Positions 9,596 through 18,388 of a DNA stretch of 64,000 nucleotides are shown here, one piece after another; the stretch's first letter is position 1; each line of letters opens with the position of its first letter. Where the stretch lies: NCBI GenBank assembly GCA_964428965.1, contig CAYSAF010000001.1, positions 11,242 to 75,241 of the forward strand, read 5' to 3'. The notes beneath the pieces were generated by a model that had not been told where the DNA came from, did no database searches, and was given only the letters and a program-made list of their open reading frames with translations. Both the position numbers and the translations under genes were made by a program. Origin of the DNA: Candidatus Woesearchaeota archaeon (lineage in GTDB: Archaea > Nanobdellota > Nanobdellia > SCGC-AAA011-G17 > VGLX01).

Positions 9596-11038
9596 TTACC
9601 AACTCAACATGCCGTGAGTCTTCTTGTAAACATCATACAAGGTGTAAACATTATCGCTAACAACCTTAGCTGCCTCAGCTTCCTGCTCCCTTTCATAGTA
9701 AGACAACCTCTTCTTATTACCCGTGCCCCACTTCAGGCCACCAAACAAATCACCGAAGCCCTTAACAATTGAGGTGAAAGGCATCAGTATGTCCTTGGCA
9801 TAAATCTTATTCTTTTCCTCCTTCTTCATCCCAACGTCTTCAGGCTTAACCTCACCAGACTCAACTAGGTACTTCTTCAACTCATCACCGAGAGCATCCA
9901 GGGAAGAGTCAACAGACCTCAAAACCTCCAAATCTTCCAAGTCCTTAGCCTTCTTATGATCATTAATCTCTTTAGGGGTTAAGACATAACCCTGAATAGT
10001 AATCTCAATCCTGCCTGCGTGAACGGCAGCGCGCTGGAACTCCTTCTGAAAAGCCATCTCAGGAAGAGTAACAAACTTGAACTTGACAATGATGCATGGA
10101 ATCTTCTCGGTAAACACACGCTCAACCATACCCCTATTAGTCAACATCTCATAGGTGTTTTTCTTAGCAAACAACTCAAGCTCGATAAGATTTGTCTCAA
10201 AAGCAGTCACAAGCTCAGCAGCACTGCTCTGGGAAAGCTCAAGCTTCTGAATGTTCTTCAAAAAAGGCTTAACCCACTTGGCGTACATCCTAATAGTCTG
10301 GTAATGCTGATTCAAGGCCTTAAGCCTGAAGTTCTTACCCCACTTCAACTCCTTATACGTTTTTTCCTTCCAAACATAATATTCGACTAACTTACTCTTC
10401 AAGATACTCCTAACCCGAGCGTTAATGCCCTCATTCTTCAAAGCGTTAACCTCCTTATCAACACCAGCACTTCCACTCTTAGGATTGATCTTAAAGAATA
10501 GGTCAGGGATTATAACAAAACCAAGCTTACGAGCCAAACCAAAAATAGAAGTAGGGCTTTCTGAGCCGCCCTCAACGAGGTTAGTCCAGATATTCTTCAG
10601 AGTTATCTCAGAAGAATCATCACCCCTGTAGCTTCTCTCGTAATACTCCAAACGCTCATCCATAATCCTAAGCTCCCTAACCATCTGAAAAACGCTACGG
10701 GTCATGTTGCCAATAGTAGCCAGGTGCTGAGAGATACGCTCCTGCTGCTTCTGCTTACGCTCCTCAGCAACGCCGAAGAAGGTAGACATCTCAGTGGCAG
10801 AAAAAACATCAGAAGTCTTCTCAACCTCATAGCTTAGCGTGTTAGGGTGCTGCAAAAAATTCAGAACCCAGAAATAAGAAGGCTCTGCAGAAGCACCCAT
10901 CTGCTCGATGATGAGCTTCTGAGTCCTAACAGGCTTAACGTCAACACCCAAAACCTTAGGCTTCGGAGGAGCCTGCTCCCCGGGACCGAAAAGACTCTCA
11001 GTAGCGCTCTTGAAAAACCTAACCTTAGCCATAAACAC
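9596..11038 (-). CDS. Hypothetical protein (480 aa), no recognisable domain
   Basis: Long ORF with ordinary codon usage and no shadow-ORF competition. Transcribed divergently from the paralog triplet. Confidence 0.5.
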   Translation of the reverse strand: MFMAKVRFFKSATESLFGPGEQAPPKPKVLGVDVKPVRTQKLIIEQMGASAEPSYFWVLNFLQHPNTLSYEVEKTSDVFSATEMSTFFGVAEERKQKQQERISQHLATIGNMTRSVFQMVRELRIMDERLEYYERSYRGDDSSEITLKNIWTNLVEGGSESPTSIFGLARKLGFVIIPDLFFKINPKSGSAGVDKEVNALKNEGINARVRSILKSKLVEYYVWKEKTYKELKWGKNFRLKALNQHYQTIRMYAKWVKPFLKNIQKLELSQSSAAELVTAFETNLIELELFAKKNTYEMLTNRGMVERVFTEKIPCIIVKFKFVTLPEMAFQKEFQRAAVHAGRIEITIQGYVLTPKEINDHKKAKDLEDLEVLRSVDSSLDALGDELKKYLVESGEVKPEDVGMKKEEKNKIYAKDILMPFTSIVKGFGDLFGGLKWGTGNKKRLSYYEREQEAEAAKVVSDNVYTLYDVYKKTHGMLSW

Positions 11039-11137
11039 CTCTTTTACTCCAGATTGAATATATTGGTAATTTATAAATTTTATTAATCCGCAGGAGCATA
11101 GAAAAACTTATTAACCATAATAAGAATTTATAAGAAT

Positions 11138-11638
11138 ATGTTTCCGGGGAAAAAAACGAGTCTCAAGATATTCTCAAACAGGGTTATACAAGACGGACCC
11201 TTCGACCTGAACATGATATACAAAAACCTAAAAAGCTGGTTCCAAGACCACAACTATGTTTACACAGAAGCAGAGAACACAACAAACTTCAAACCCAAAG
11301 GAGCGGAAATAAAACTAAAAATGAAGGGAGAAAGACTTGTAACAGACTACTACAAATTCACAATAAACATAAACTTCCTAATACTAGAAACAGAAAAAGT
11401 AAAAATAAAAGACAAGGTGCTCGACTACGGAAAGCTGGAAGCGAGAGAAGAGGTCTTTATGGAACTTGATTATAGAAAAAAGTTTGAAAAGAGCAGACTC
11501 GCAAAATTCATAAAGTTCCTGTACAACAACTACATAATAAAAAAAGAGATAGAAACCGAATATGCAGGCAAGGCATACAGTGAAGGAATGAGCGCATTCA
11601 AGACTTTGAAGGAAACGGTAGGACTATACACAGAATAA
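11138..11638 (+). CDS. Uncharacterised ~19 kDa protein, paralog 1 of 3
   Basis: 166 aa. Shares a colinear pattern with the next two ORFs: FDL..IYK.L..WF..H.Y; DYYKF.I; E.DY...EK...KFI...Y. Confidence 0.5.
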   Translation: MFPGKKTSLKIFSNRVIQDGPFDLNMIYKNLKSWFQDHNYVYTEAENTTNFKPKGAEIKLKMKGERLVTDYYKFTININFLILETEKVKIKDKVLDYGKLEAREEVFMELDYRKKFEKSRLAKFIKFLYNNYIIKKEIETEYAGKAYSEGMSAFKTLKETVGLYTE

Positions 11639-11652
11639 AAAAGAGGGGATAA

Positions 11653-12159
11653 ATGGCTGATGTAATAGAAAAGATATGGGTAACACCCCCCATGCCCGGA
11701 GGGATGAAAGTAAGACACGTAGGTTACCTAGACCTGGGAACGTTCTACACTTGGCTGGAGAGATGGTTTGAATTTGAGGAATTTTTTGTACCGGACCTTG
11801 AAAGATTCTACGAAGAAAAAACAGAACCAGCAGGGAAAAAAATGGACATAAGGTGGGTGGGAAAAAAGAAGAAAAACCCCTACTACACCTATGTGATTGA
11901 GATAGTATTCCTACTCATAAACGTGAACAAAGTAGAGGTGCAGATGGGAGAAAAAAAGATAAAAATAGAAAAAGGAGACTTCGAATTCAGGTTGGGAGCT
12001 TATCTGGAAAAGGGAATGAAAGGGGCCGGAGTGCTCAGAAACCTCTACGAAAAAGTGATAGCCAAAAAGAAAGTAGACATATACACAAGGGAATGCTACG
12101 ACAAGGTATACAAGCTCCAAGAGGATATGAAAGCATACTTCAACCAATACGTACAATAA
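11653..12159 (+). CDS. Uncharacterised ~19 kDa protein, paralog 2 of 3
   Basis: 168 aa. Same conserved pattern (LDLGTFYTWLERWFEFEEF...YTYVIEI...). Starts 15 nt after paralog 1. Confidence 0.5.
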   Translation: MADVIEKIWVTPPMPGGMKVRHVGYLDLGTFYTWLERWFEFEEFFVPDLERFYEEKTEPAGKKMDIRWVGKKKKNPYYTYVIEIVFLLINVNKVEVQMGEKKIKIEKGDFEFRLGAYLEKGMKGAGVLRNLYEKVIAKKKVDIYTRECYDKVYKLQEDMKAYFNQYVQ

Positions 12160-12196
12160 AAAGGTTTAAATAAAAACAAAACAAATAAAAAATAAA

Positions 12197-12697
12197 ATGT
12201 CAGAAATAGACTATGTGCATACACCATCAAAGCCGTTAAAGGTTGCGCAAGAAGCAACCTTCGACATGCAGCAACTCTACAAGCTGGGAAGAGCTTGGTT
12301 TGACAAACACGGCTATGACTTCTATGAAAAGGAGTACATATCGTCGCAGAAAGAAGAGGCGAAAAACGCATCCATAAAATGGGAAGCAGACAAAAAAGTG
12401 GACGATTACATAAAATTCCACATAGAAGCAAGGGTCAAATTCAAAAACCTGAGAGAGGTGCAAGGCAAAAAAAGGATGATGAACACAGGAGAGGTGAGCT
12501 TCAGCATAGAGGCATACATAGAAATGGACTACGAAGCGAGGTGGGAAAAGGGATTCATGAGCAAATTCATAAGGGGAGTTTATGACACTTTCGTAATAAG
12601 GGGCAAGATAGAAAAAGACAAACAGAGGCTTGACAGGGAAGCAAAAGAATTCTTCCACGAAATAAGAACGTTCCTCAAATGCAACCCCTGCAAATGA
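12197..12697 (+). CDS. Uncharacterised ~19 kDa protein, paralog 3 of 3
   Basis: 166 aa. FDMQQLYKLGRAWFDKHGYDFYEKE...DYIKFHIEA...EMDYEARWEKGFMSKFIRGVYDTFVI is colinear with paralogs 1 and 2. Confidence 0.5.
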   Translation: MSEIDYVHTPSKPLKVAQEATFDMQQLYKLGRAWFDKHGYDFYEKEYISSQKEEAKNASIKWEADKKVDDYIKFHIEARVKFKNLREVQGKKRMMNTGEVSFSIEAYIEMDYEARWEKGFMSKFIRGVYDTFVIRGKIEKDKQRLDREAKEFFHEIRTFLKCNPCK

Positions 12698-12756
12698 TTA
12701 TTCTCGAGTAGTGGCAAAACGAAAGGTATTTAAAACTGAATTTCTAAAAAAAAGGC

Positions 12757-14127
12757 ATGAATTACAGGGGTATACTAACATATGGGATAGCGGGGCTGAT
12801 ATTCTTAGGAAGCTATACAATGCCTATTATAGCGAGAGCTCAAACAGCCACCAGCTCCGTAAAACAAGAATTCTTTGACACGATAGTTGATTATGCAAGA
12901 AAGCAGGGACTAAATCTTAATAAAATAGAAGAAAAAAACATAGAAATAAAAAGCGAAGTCAAGAGAAAAGATAAAGAAGGAAACTATGAAAAAGTGATGG
13001 GGCTTTTTGACAGACAAACAAGAAAGATACAGATAGAAAGATCAAGCCTCGAAAACATAGCAACGATAGGCATACACGAGATTACACACGATAAACTGTA
13101 TGATGTTGAAGAATCTGAATTGTGGTTTAAAAAAATACACTACAAAGTACAAAAACAAGACGACATATACATAGCGACAGTGAAAGAAGAGCAAGCGAGT
13201 TGGACAATCCCAAAAGAACTACAAAAACTAACTATAAAAGATGAAGGAATGAATAATGAAACCGTAATATACGACGCCAAAGGAAACATGCTAGTAAAAC
13301 TTCAGATGAATAGAATAGAAAGTAAAGATGACTTGACAGTGAGGGAGAAAGGAGCAAACTACGAAATAAACGGCTTACAAGGGGAATGGCACTACGAAAA
13401 ATATGACAATAAGGAATATGAGAATATAAGACTTAGTTACAAACCTTCTGAGGAGATAATGGAATTCAACAATGAAGTAATAGCTAGGATATACGAGCAA
13501 GTATTCGGTGGTTACTACCATGGAAAAAACGTATACAAAATAACTACAGAAAAAGACAAAAGTATACTAGGAAAATCCCTTGCTTACCTAACCTCAACTT
13601 ACAGCCTAACACCTGAACAACAAAAAATATCAGAAAATTCCGAGGGGGCATACATCAGGCTAAACGAACACGGACTATTGAACCTCTTAGAAAAAATACT
13701 CCCAATAGGAGGAAAAACATTCAAAGAGGCTATGGAAGACGTCCAAGATGAACGATTCTCAAAGAGTTTGGCACTTGCATCTGTAATACTAACAGAACAG
13801 GACTTTATAACATTGCTCGATATGTACAACACAAAAGGCAAAGAAGGTGTAATACAACTGCTAAGCGAACAAATCCGAGAGCTTAAAAAAACAAAAAAGG
13901 TAGGAGCTCTTAATGAATATGAAATAATAAAAGAATACCTAAAAAGATTCAACTTGAACGATGAAGAAGCAGAATACGTCATGAGATACACAAAACATGC
14001 AAACTTTACAGACATGATAAAAAGTAAAGAAAAAATAAAGCACATAGAAAGGATAAAACAACAAAACCTAGAAAAATTGATGGAACCATTCAGACCACAA
14101 GAAAAAGAAATAACAAAAGGTTTATAA
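12757..14127 (+). CDS. Secreted protein with an HExxH motif (putative zinc metallopeptidase-like)
   Basis: 456 aa. N-terminal signal/TM segment (GILTYGIAGLIFLGSYTMPIIARAQTA). Contains IGIHEITHDKL (HExxH). Confidence 0.45.
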   Translation: MNYRGILTYGIAGLIFLGSYTMPIIARAQTATSSVKQEFFDTIVDYARKQGLNLNKIEEKNIEIKSEVKRKDKEGNYEKVMGLFDRQTRKIQIERSSLENIATIGIHEITHDKLYDVEESELWFKKIHYKVQKQDDIYIATVKEEQASWTIPKELQKLTIKDEGMNNETVIYDAKGNMLVKLQMNRIESKDDLTVREKGANYEINGLQGEWHYEKYDNKEYENIRLSYKPSEEIMEFNNEVIARIYEQVFGGYYHGKNVYKITTEKDKSILGKSLAYLTSTYSLTPEQQKISENSEGAYIRLNEHGLLNLLEKILPIGGKTFKEAMEDVQDERFSKSLALASVILTEQDFITLLDMYNTKGKEGVIQLLSEQIRELKKTKKVGALNEYEIIKEYLKRFNLNDEEAEYVMRYTKHANFTDMIKSKEKIKHIERIKQQNLEKLMEPFRPQEKEITKGL

Positions 14128-14150
14128 TAAATGACAACAAAAAAAATTAG

Positions 14151-14573
14151 ATGAGACAAAAAAAATTGATTGCAGCTGCAGCGATAACAATAATCATGGA
14201 CCAAATAACAAAGATAGTTCTAACAAACAAAAAATACCCAGTACTTGGGTTTGATATAATAAGCTACACAGAAAACACAGGGGCAGCTTTCAGCATACTA
14301 CCCGGGCAGAGGTTGCTGTTAATAGCAGTAGCCTCAGCAGCACTGATAGTACTCCTCTATTATGCAACTAAGATAAGAGAAAAAGAGAAAAAACTACAAA
14401 TCCCAACAGGGATGCTAATAGGGGGCATAGCAGGAAACCTAATCGATAGGATACTACTAGGCTATGTTAGGGACTTCATAAACCTAGAGATATGGCCTAC
14501 GTTCAACATAGCAGACACAGCCATGTTCATAGCAATAATACTCCTGATAATACATCTCTTTAAGAAAAAATAA
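14151..14573 (+). CDS. lspA: Lipoprotein signal peptidase (signal peptidase II)
   Basis: 140 aa with 4 TM helices. Carries the SPase II boxes: YTENTGAAFSILPG (NxGAAF), IGGIAGNLIDRILLGYVRDFI (GNLxDR...VxDF), WPTFNIADTAMFIAII (FNxAD). Confidence 0.8.
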   Translation: MRQKKLIAAAAITIIMDQITKIVLTNKKYPVLGFDIISYTENTGAAFSILPGQRLLLIAVASAALIVLLYYATKIREKEKKLQIPTGMLIGGIAGNLIDRILLGYVRDFINLEIWPTFNIADTAMFIAIILLIIHLFKKK

Positions 14574-14574
14574 G

Positions 14575-14727
14575 ATGGACAAAAAAATACTAAAAATTTA
14601 TAAAAGGCTGTTGAAAAAGTTCGGCAAGCAGGGATGGTGGCCGGTAACAGACGAGAAAAACGCTCAATTCGAAATAGAGATAGGAGCGATACTGACACAA
14701 TATATTAGTTTTACTTATTATTTTTAG
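14575..14727 (+). pseudogene. N-terminal fragment (first ~42 aa) of an endonuclease-III-related HhH-GPD gene (COG2231-like), interrupted by the integrated element
   Basis: MDKKILKIYKRLLKKFGKQGWWPVTDEKNAQFEIEIGAILTQ matches the N-terminus of the family. Compare the intact copy at 14724..15476 (LFEMYGSQGWWP...IGAVLAQN). The frame then runs into unrelated YISFTYYF* and stops. The missing NTSWKN...C-terminus lies at 28076..28618. Confidence 0.7.
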
Positions 14728-15476
14728 GATTCTAATATTTTGGCTTTCCTAATGTCAACCCTTCCTTTCTTACCTCCTGCTTTCACATATTTTTTATATA
14801 AAGGACAATTATGATATTCCCCTTTCTTTGCATAATACCTCTTGGCATGCTCTACTATAAGGGCATGATATTCCTGATAGGTTGTAAGGTCAGACTTTAA
14901 GTTGCCCTCAAACAAGGCTTTTATCTCATCATACTTTGCATCTTCCTTAATAAAGCCCAGATTTGCAAATATCCTCTTTGTGTAGGCATCCACAACAAAA
15001 GTAGGGGTCTTAAAGGCATATAACAGCATAGAATCCGCAGTTTCGGGTCCAATACCCCATATATTCAATAATTCTTCCCTTTTGGGTATATAGGTAAGGG
15101 TTAGGAAAAACCTTGTAAACTCCTTTAATTTCCTTGCCTTCTGGTTGAAGTATCCAGCTGGCTTTATGGCTTCTTTAAGCTTATTGTTGTCTAATCCCAT
15201 GAGGGCTTCTGGGTTGAGGGCTTTTAATCCCTTAAGGTTGTTTAATGCCTTTTCTGCGTTCACCCATCCTACGTTTTGAGCGAGCACAGCACCAATGCAG
15301 ACCTCATAGATTTGGTTTGTTGTCTTAGGAAATTCATAATTTCCAGGATGATAACCACCATAATTCTTACTACCTTTCCTATAAGTCACTTCCCCCAAGT
15401 CCAGCAGAGGCCACCAACCCTGTGAACCATACATTTCAAATAAATCATCGTATACATCTTTAATGGTTTTAATCAT
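14724..15476 (-). CDS. Endonuclease-III-related HhH-GPD protein (COG2231-like), intact element-borne copy
   Basis: 250 aa. GSQGWWP, IGAVLAQNVGWVNAEKALNNLK, AGYFNQKARKLKEF, LLNIWGIGPETADSMLLYAF, VVDAYTKRIF and EYHALIVEHAK are colinear with the split host gene, with roughly 50% identity. Confidence 0.7.
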   Translation of the reverse strand: MIKTIKDVYDDLFEMYGSQGWWPLLDLGEVTYRKGSKNYGGYHPGNYEFPKTTNQIYEVCIGAVLAQNVGWVNAEKALNNLKGLKALNPEALMGLDNNKLKEAIKPAGYFNQKARKLKEFTRFFLTLTYIPKREELLNIWGIGPETADSMLLYAFKTPTFVVDAYTKRIFANLGFIKEDAKYDEIKALFEGNLKSDLTTYQEYHALIVEHAKRYYAKKGEYHNCPLYKKYVKAGGKKGRVDIRKAKILES

Positions 15477-16402
15477 ATTATTACCCCTCTAAATTTATTG
15501 AATCGTTTATAGCATTTAAAAATGTTAAATAAGTTTGGAAGACTTTCTTTTGATATTTCTTGATAAGTCCTTCCGGTAATTCCTTGAATAAACTTATCAC
15601 TTACATCAAAACCTATGTCCCATAATTCACCATTTTTTACCTCTTCAATAAACTCTTTGATGATGGTATTTAATGTAAAGGATTTGTCATTTGACATAAC
15701 TCTCCAGAAAAAATAAGTGTTTAAAATTCTTTTAATATCCCTTACTTCGTCCTCTGAAAATAGCCATCTTCCTTTCAATAAGGCATCATTCTCTTTTTTG
15801 AAAGAATTTAACTTTGAACTTAACTCTTTATATTTTTGTATAGATAAGTGCATCCCTTTAATTTTCTCTTCTATGTCTTTTATCTCTGCTAAATTATGTG
15901 GTTTATCAATAAAATCTTCTTTTAACATATCATATGTTTTCTTTGGCTTACTCTGTTCTTTAGCTTTTTCTAGTATTAACTTATAGGCTTTGATTCTTTT
16001 TTCAATAAGCTTAATTCTTTGACTAAAAAAAGAACACATTAAATCTATTTTTTGGTTGATTTCCTTTACTTGTTCCTTAAAGATTAATTCAATCCTTTCA
16101 TATAGTTTATCATAATTAAGGTCAAATTTATATCCTTCACCAGACCTCCTATTAATTTTGTCCTTGTTGCTTACCAGGACTATTCTCTCCTTTTCTAAGA
16201 GATTCCTATATTTATTGTATGTTCCTTGTGAGATAAACCCTTGTTGTTCATCTTTAAGTTCTATTAAGGATGGTTTTTTATTACTATTCTTAACAATTAA
16301 TTCAGTAGTATCACATCCTACCCCAATTGTGGCAACAATCATTGCTACACTTGGAAGTTCCCAAAGGGATTTATTTTTAATTATACTATTTTTGCTATTC
16401 AT
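15473..16402 (-). CDS. Hypothetical protein (element). Coiled-coil rich.
   Basis: 309 aa. 4-nt overlap with the downstream endoIII-like gene suggests an operon. K/E-rich helical middle region. Confidence 0.45.
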   Translation of the reverse strand: MNSKNSIIKNKSLWELPSVAMIVATIGVGCDTTELIVKNSNKKPSLIELKDEQQGFISQGTYNKYRNLLEKERIVLVSNKDKINRRSGEGYKFDLNYDKLYERIELIFKEQVKEINQKIDLMCSFFSQRIKLIEKRIKAYKLILEKAKEQSKPKKTYDMLKEDFIDKPHNLAEIKDIEEKIKGMHLSIQKYKELSSKLNSFKKENDALLKGRWLFSEDEVRDIKRILNTYFFWRVMSNDKSFTLNTIIKEFIEEVKNGELWDIGFDVSDKFIQGITGRTYQEISKESLPNLFNIFKCYKRFNKFRGVII

Positions 16403-16472
16403 ATAATTAAATAATTATATATCCTATATATACTTTTTGGTTTTATGTCTCATTAACCGATTTCTAAGATAG

Positions 16473-16497
16473 TTTAGTTATATGTTTTTTAACTAAA
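16473..16497. promoter_or_regulatory. Inverted repeat (TTTAGTTA-n9-TAACTAAA) in the divergent promoter region, candidate RHH operator
   Basis: Perfect 8-bp arms. Lies about 35 nt upstream of the RHH ORF, between divergent gene sets. Confidence 0.3.
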
Positions 16498-16528
16498 ATA
16501 TTATTAATACCCTAATAATTATATTATT

Positions 16529-16681
16529 ATGGAAAAATTATTCACAATGAAGATGGACGATGAGCTTTACACTAAGCTTCGGAAGATTGCCTTTAAAAGA
16601 AATGTTTCAATGGGGTTATTCATAAGGAACGCCCTAAACCAAGAAATTAGGAGATTAAATCAAAATGAGCAAAATGTTTGA
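16529..16681 (+). CDS. Ribbon-helix-helix (CopG/Arc/MetJ-like) DNA-binding protein
   Basis: 50 aa (below the ORF-track cutoff). MEKLFTMKMDDELYTKLRKIAFKRNVSMGLFIRNALNQEIRRL is a classic beta-strand + two-helix RHH pattern. Confidence 0.5.
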   Translation: MEKLFTMKMDDELYTKLRKIAFKRNVSMGLFIRNALNQEIRRLNQNEQNV

Positions 16682-16875
16682 TTTGTTAAATCCATTGACA
16701 AAATATCTTGTCAATCGAGCAATGCAGGATAACCTAATTGCAAATGCAGAAGAATTATCAAAAGTGTCAAAAATGTTTAAGGATAATAAAAGGGAGGATG
16801 GTTTAGCTGTTACAAGCTCTCAGAGTTAAGCTGTTAGGAAGTTTCTAAAATTATAGGCCGTTAGGAGGTAGGCAG

Positions 16876-17067
16876 ATGGAGGATTGCTTTAAATTTGAGG
16901 ATTTTATTTGTTACCTGAATGATGATAATTCTAAGGTAACCGCATATGTAGATATTATTTACACGAATTCTTCGGTAATTAAATTTGTCACTAAAGAAGG
17001 CAATTTGATTACATTACCTTGGCATAGAGTTCTTAAAGTAAAGCAGAGGGGTGGTAATGATGAGTGA
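16876..17067 (+). CDS. Small hypothetical protein (element)
   Basis: 63 aa. Overlaps the primase-helicase start by 17 nt. Confidence 0.3.
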   Translation: MEDCFKFEDFICYLNDDNSKVTAYVDIIYTNSSVIKFVTKEGNLITLPWHRVLKVKQRGGNDE

Positions 17068-18313
17068 GTTGACACCCTTTGATGTAGCAAAACAAATAAT
17101 GGAAGAGAATATTTTTCTAACATTAGAAAAAACTGAAGAGATTTACATTTATAAAAATGGGGTTTATTGCAAACAAGGTGATACTTCGATTAAAAAAAGA
17201 GTGCAGGAAATATGGGGGGATAAAGCAACTACACATAAAGTAAATGAGGTAATTAATCATATCAAAAGAATGACCCTAAGAGATGTTGAGGATGACGCTG
17301 TACCCATTAGTTTGATTTGTGTGGAGAATGGTATCTTGAATATATATACGCGTGAATTAAAACCACATAGCCCAGATGTTATATTTTTCAATAAACTGCC
17401 TATAAAGTATAATCCTGATGCTAAATATACAAAGTTCAAATGTTTTATAGAAGACTTGGTATCAAAAAATGATGCTGAAACATTACAGGAGTTTATAGGA
17501 TATTGTTTACGAAGAGACACAGCTTACCAGAAAGCGTTAATGTTGTATGGTAAGGGGAACAATGGTAAATCCACACTCACTAAGATTTTGGAAGGGTTTT
17601 TGGGAAAACACAATTATACATCAATACCCCTTCAGCAATTAGAAGAAGATAAATTTATAGTAGCAAATCTACATGAAAAAATGGTTAATATATCCGCAGA
17701 TTTGCCAAATAGGATATTATATGAGACTTCAATAACAAAGGCACTAATTACAGGTGATAGTATTACTGCCCAACGTAAATTTGGTCATCCATTTAGTTTC
17801 GTCCCATATACCAAACTTATTTTTAGTTGTAATAGACTTCCAGAGACTAAAGATTTGAGTAGCGGTTGGTTTAGAAGATGGATTATTATAAGTTTTCATA
17901 ATACTTTCAGAGAAAATGCTCAATCAAATAAAGAATTAGAATTTATGAATGAGGAAGATATGTCAAGCGTATTGAATTGGGCATTAGATGGCTTAGACCG
18001 TTTAAGACAAACTGATGGTTTTCTAATAAGTGAGCGTGAAACAAGAGAAATATGGATGAAACATAGTGATAATGTGTCTGCGTTTATTCAGGATAATATA
18101 GTGAAGGATGTAAATTCACACCTAATAAAAGAGGAACTTTATGATAAGTATACCTCTTTTTGTGAAAAACAAGGAAGTGTTCCTTTAGAGAGTAATGCCT
18201 TCCATAGGAAATTGAAAGAGAAGATGGATGTTATTGATTATCAACCATCTGTAGATGGTAAGCAAGTACATGCATGGAAAGGTATTAATTTTAAAGATAC
18301 TCCACCATGGTAG
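17051..18313 (+). CDS. D5/P4-type primase C-terminal SF3 helicase-domain replication protein
   Basis: 420 aa. Walker A LMLYGKGNNGKST. Walker B/motif C region KMVNISADLP...LITGDSITAQRKFGHPFSFVPYTKLIFSCNRLP, and WFRRWIIISF. This is typical of phage/plasmid primase P4-family (COG3378-like) proteins. Confidence 0.7.
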   Translation: MVMMSELTPFDVAKQIMEENIFLTLEKTEEIYIYKNGVYCKQGDTSIKKRVQEIWGDKATTHKVNEVINHIKRMTLRDVEDDAVPISLICVENGILNIYTRELKPHSPDVIFFNKLPIKYNPDAKYTKFKCFIEDLVSKNDAETLQEFIGYCLRRDTAYQKALMLYGKGNNGKSTLTKILEGFLGKHNYTSIPLQQLEEDKFIVANLHEKMVNISADLPNRILYETSITKALITGDSITAQRKFGHPFSFVPYTKLIFSCNRLPETKDLSSGWFRRWIIISFHNTFRENAQSNKELEFMNEEDMSSVLNWALDGLDRLRQTDGFLISERETREIWMKHSDNVSAFIQDNIVKDVNSHLIKEELYDKYTSFCEKQGSVPLESNAFHRKLKEKMDVIDYQPSVDGKQVHAWKGINFKDTPPW

Positions 18314-18319
18314 CTCAAA

Positions 18320-18346
18320 TAATTAGGAATTAGGATAATTAGGATT
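18320..18346. repeat. Three tandem copies of (A)ATTAGGA immediately downstream of the replication gene, candidate iterons
   Basis: aattaggaattaggataattagga within an AT-rich intergenic spacer. Confidence 0.3.
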
Positions 18347-18388
18347 TTATTATATTTAAGTTAAATAAAATATATTATAAATTAAATT

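Noticed and set aside
14724-15476. Possibility that the minus-strand endoIII-like gene is the host gene and the + strand fragments are noise
   Set aside because: The + strand fragments form a continuous in-frame homolog across the 13.4-kb gap, with matching junction repeats. The minus-strand copy lies inside those junctions, so it is element-borne.
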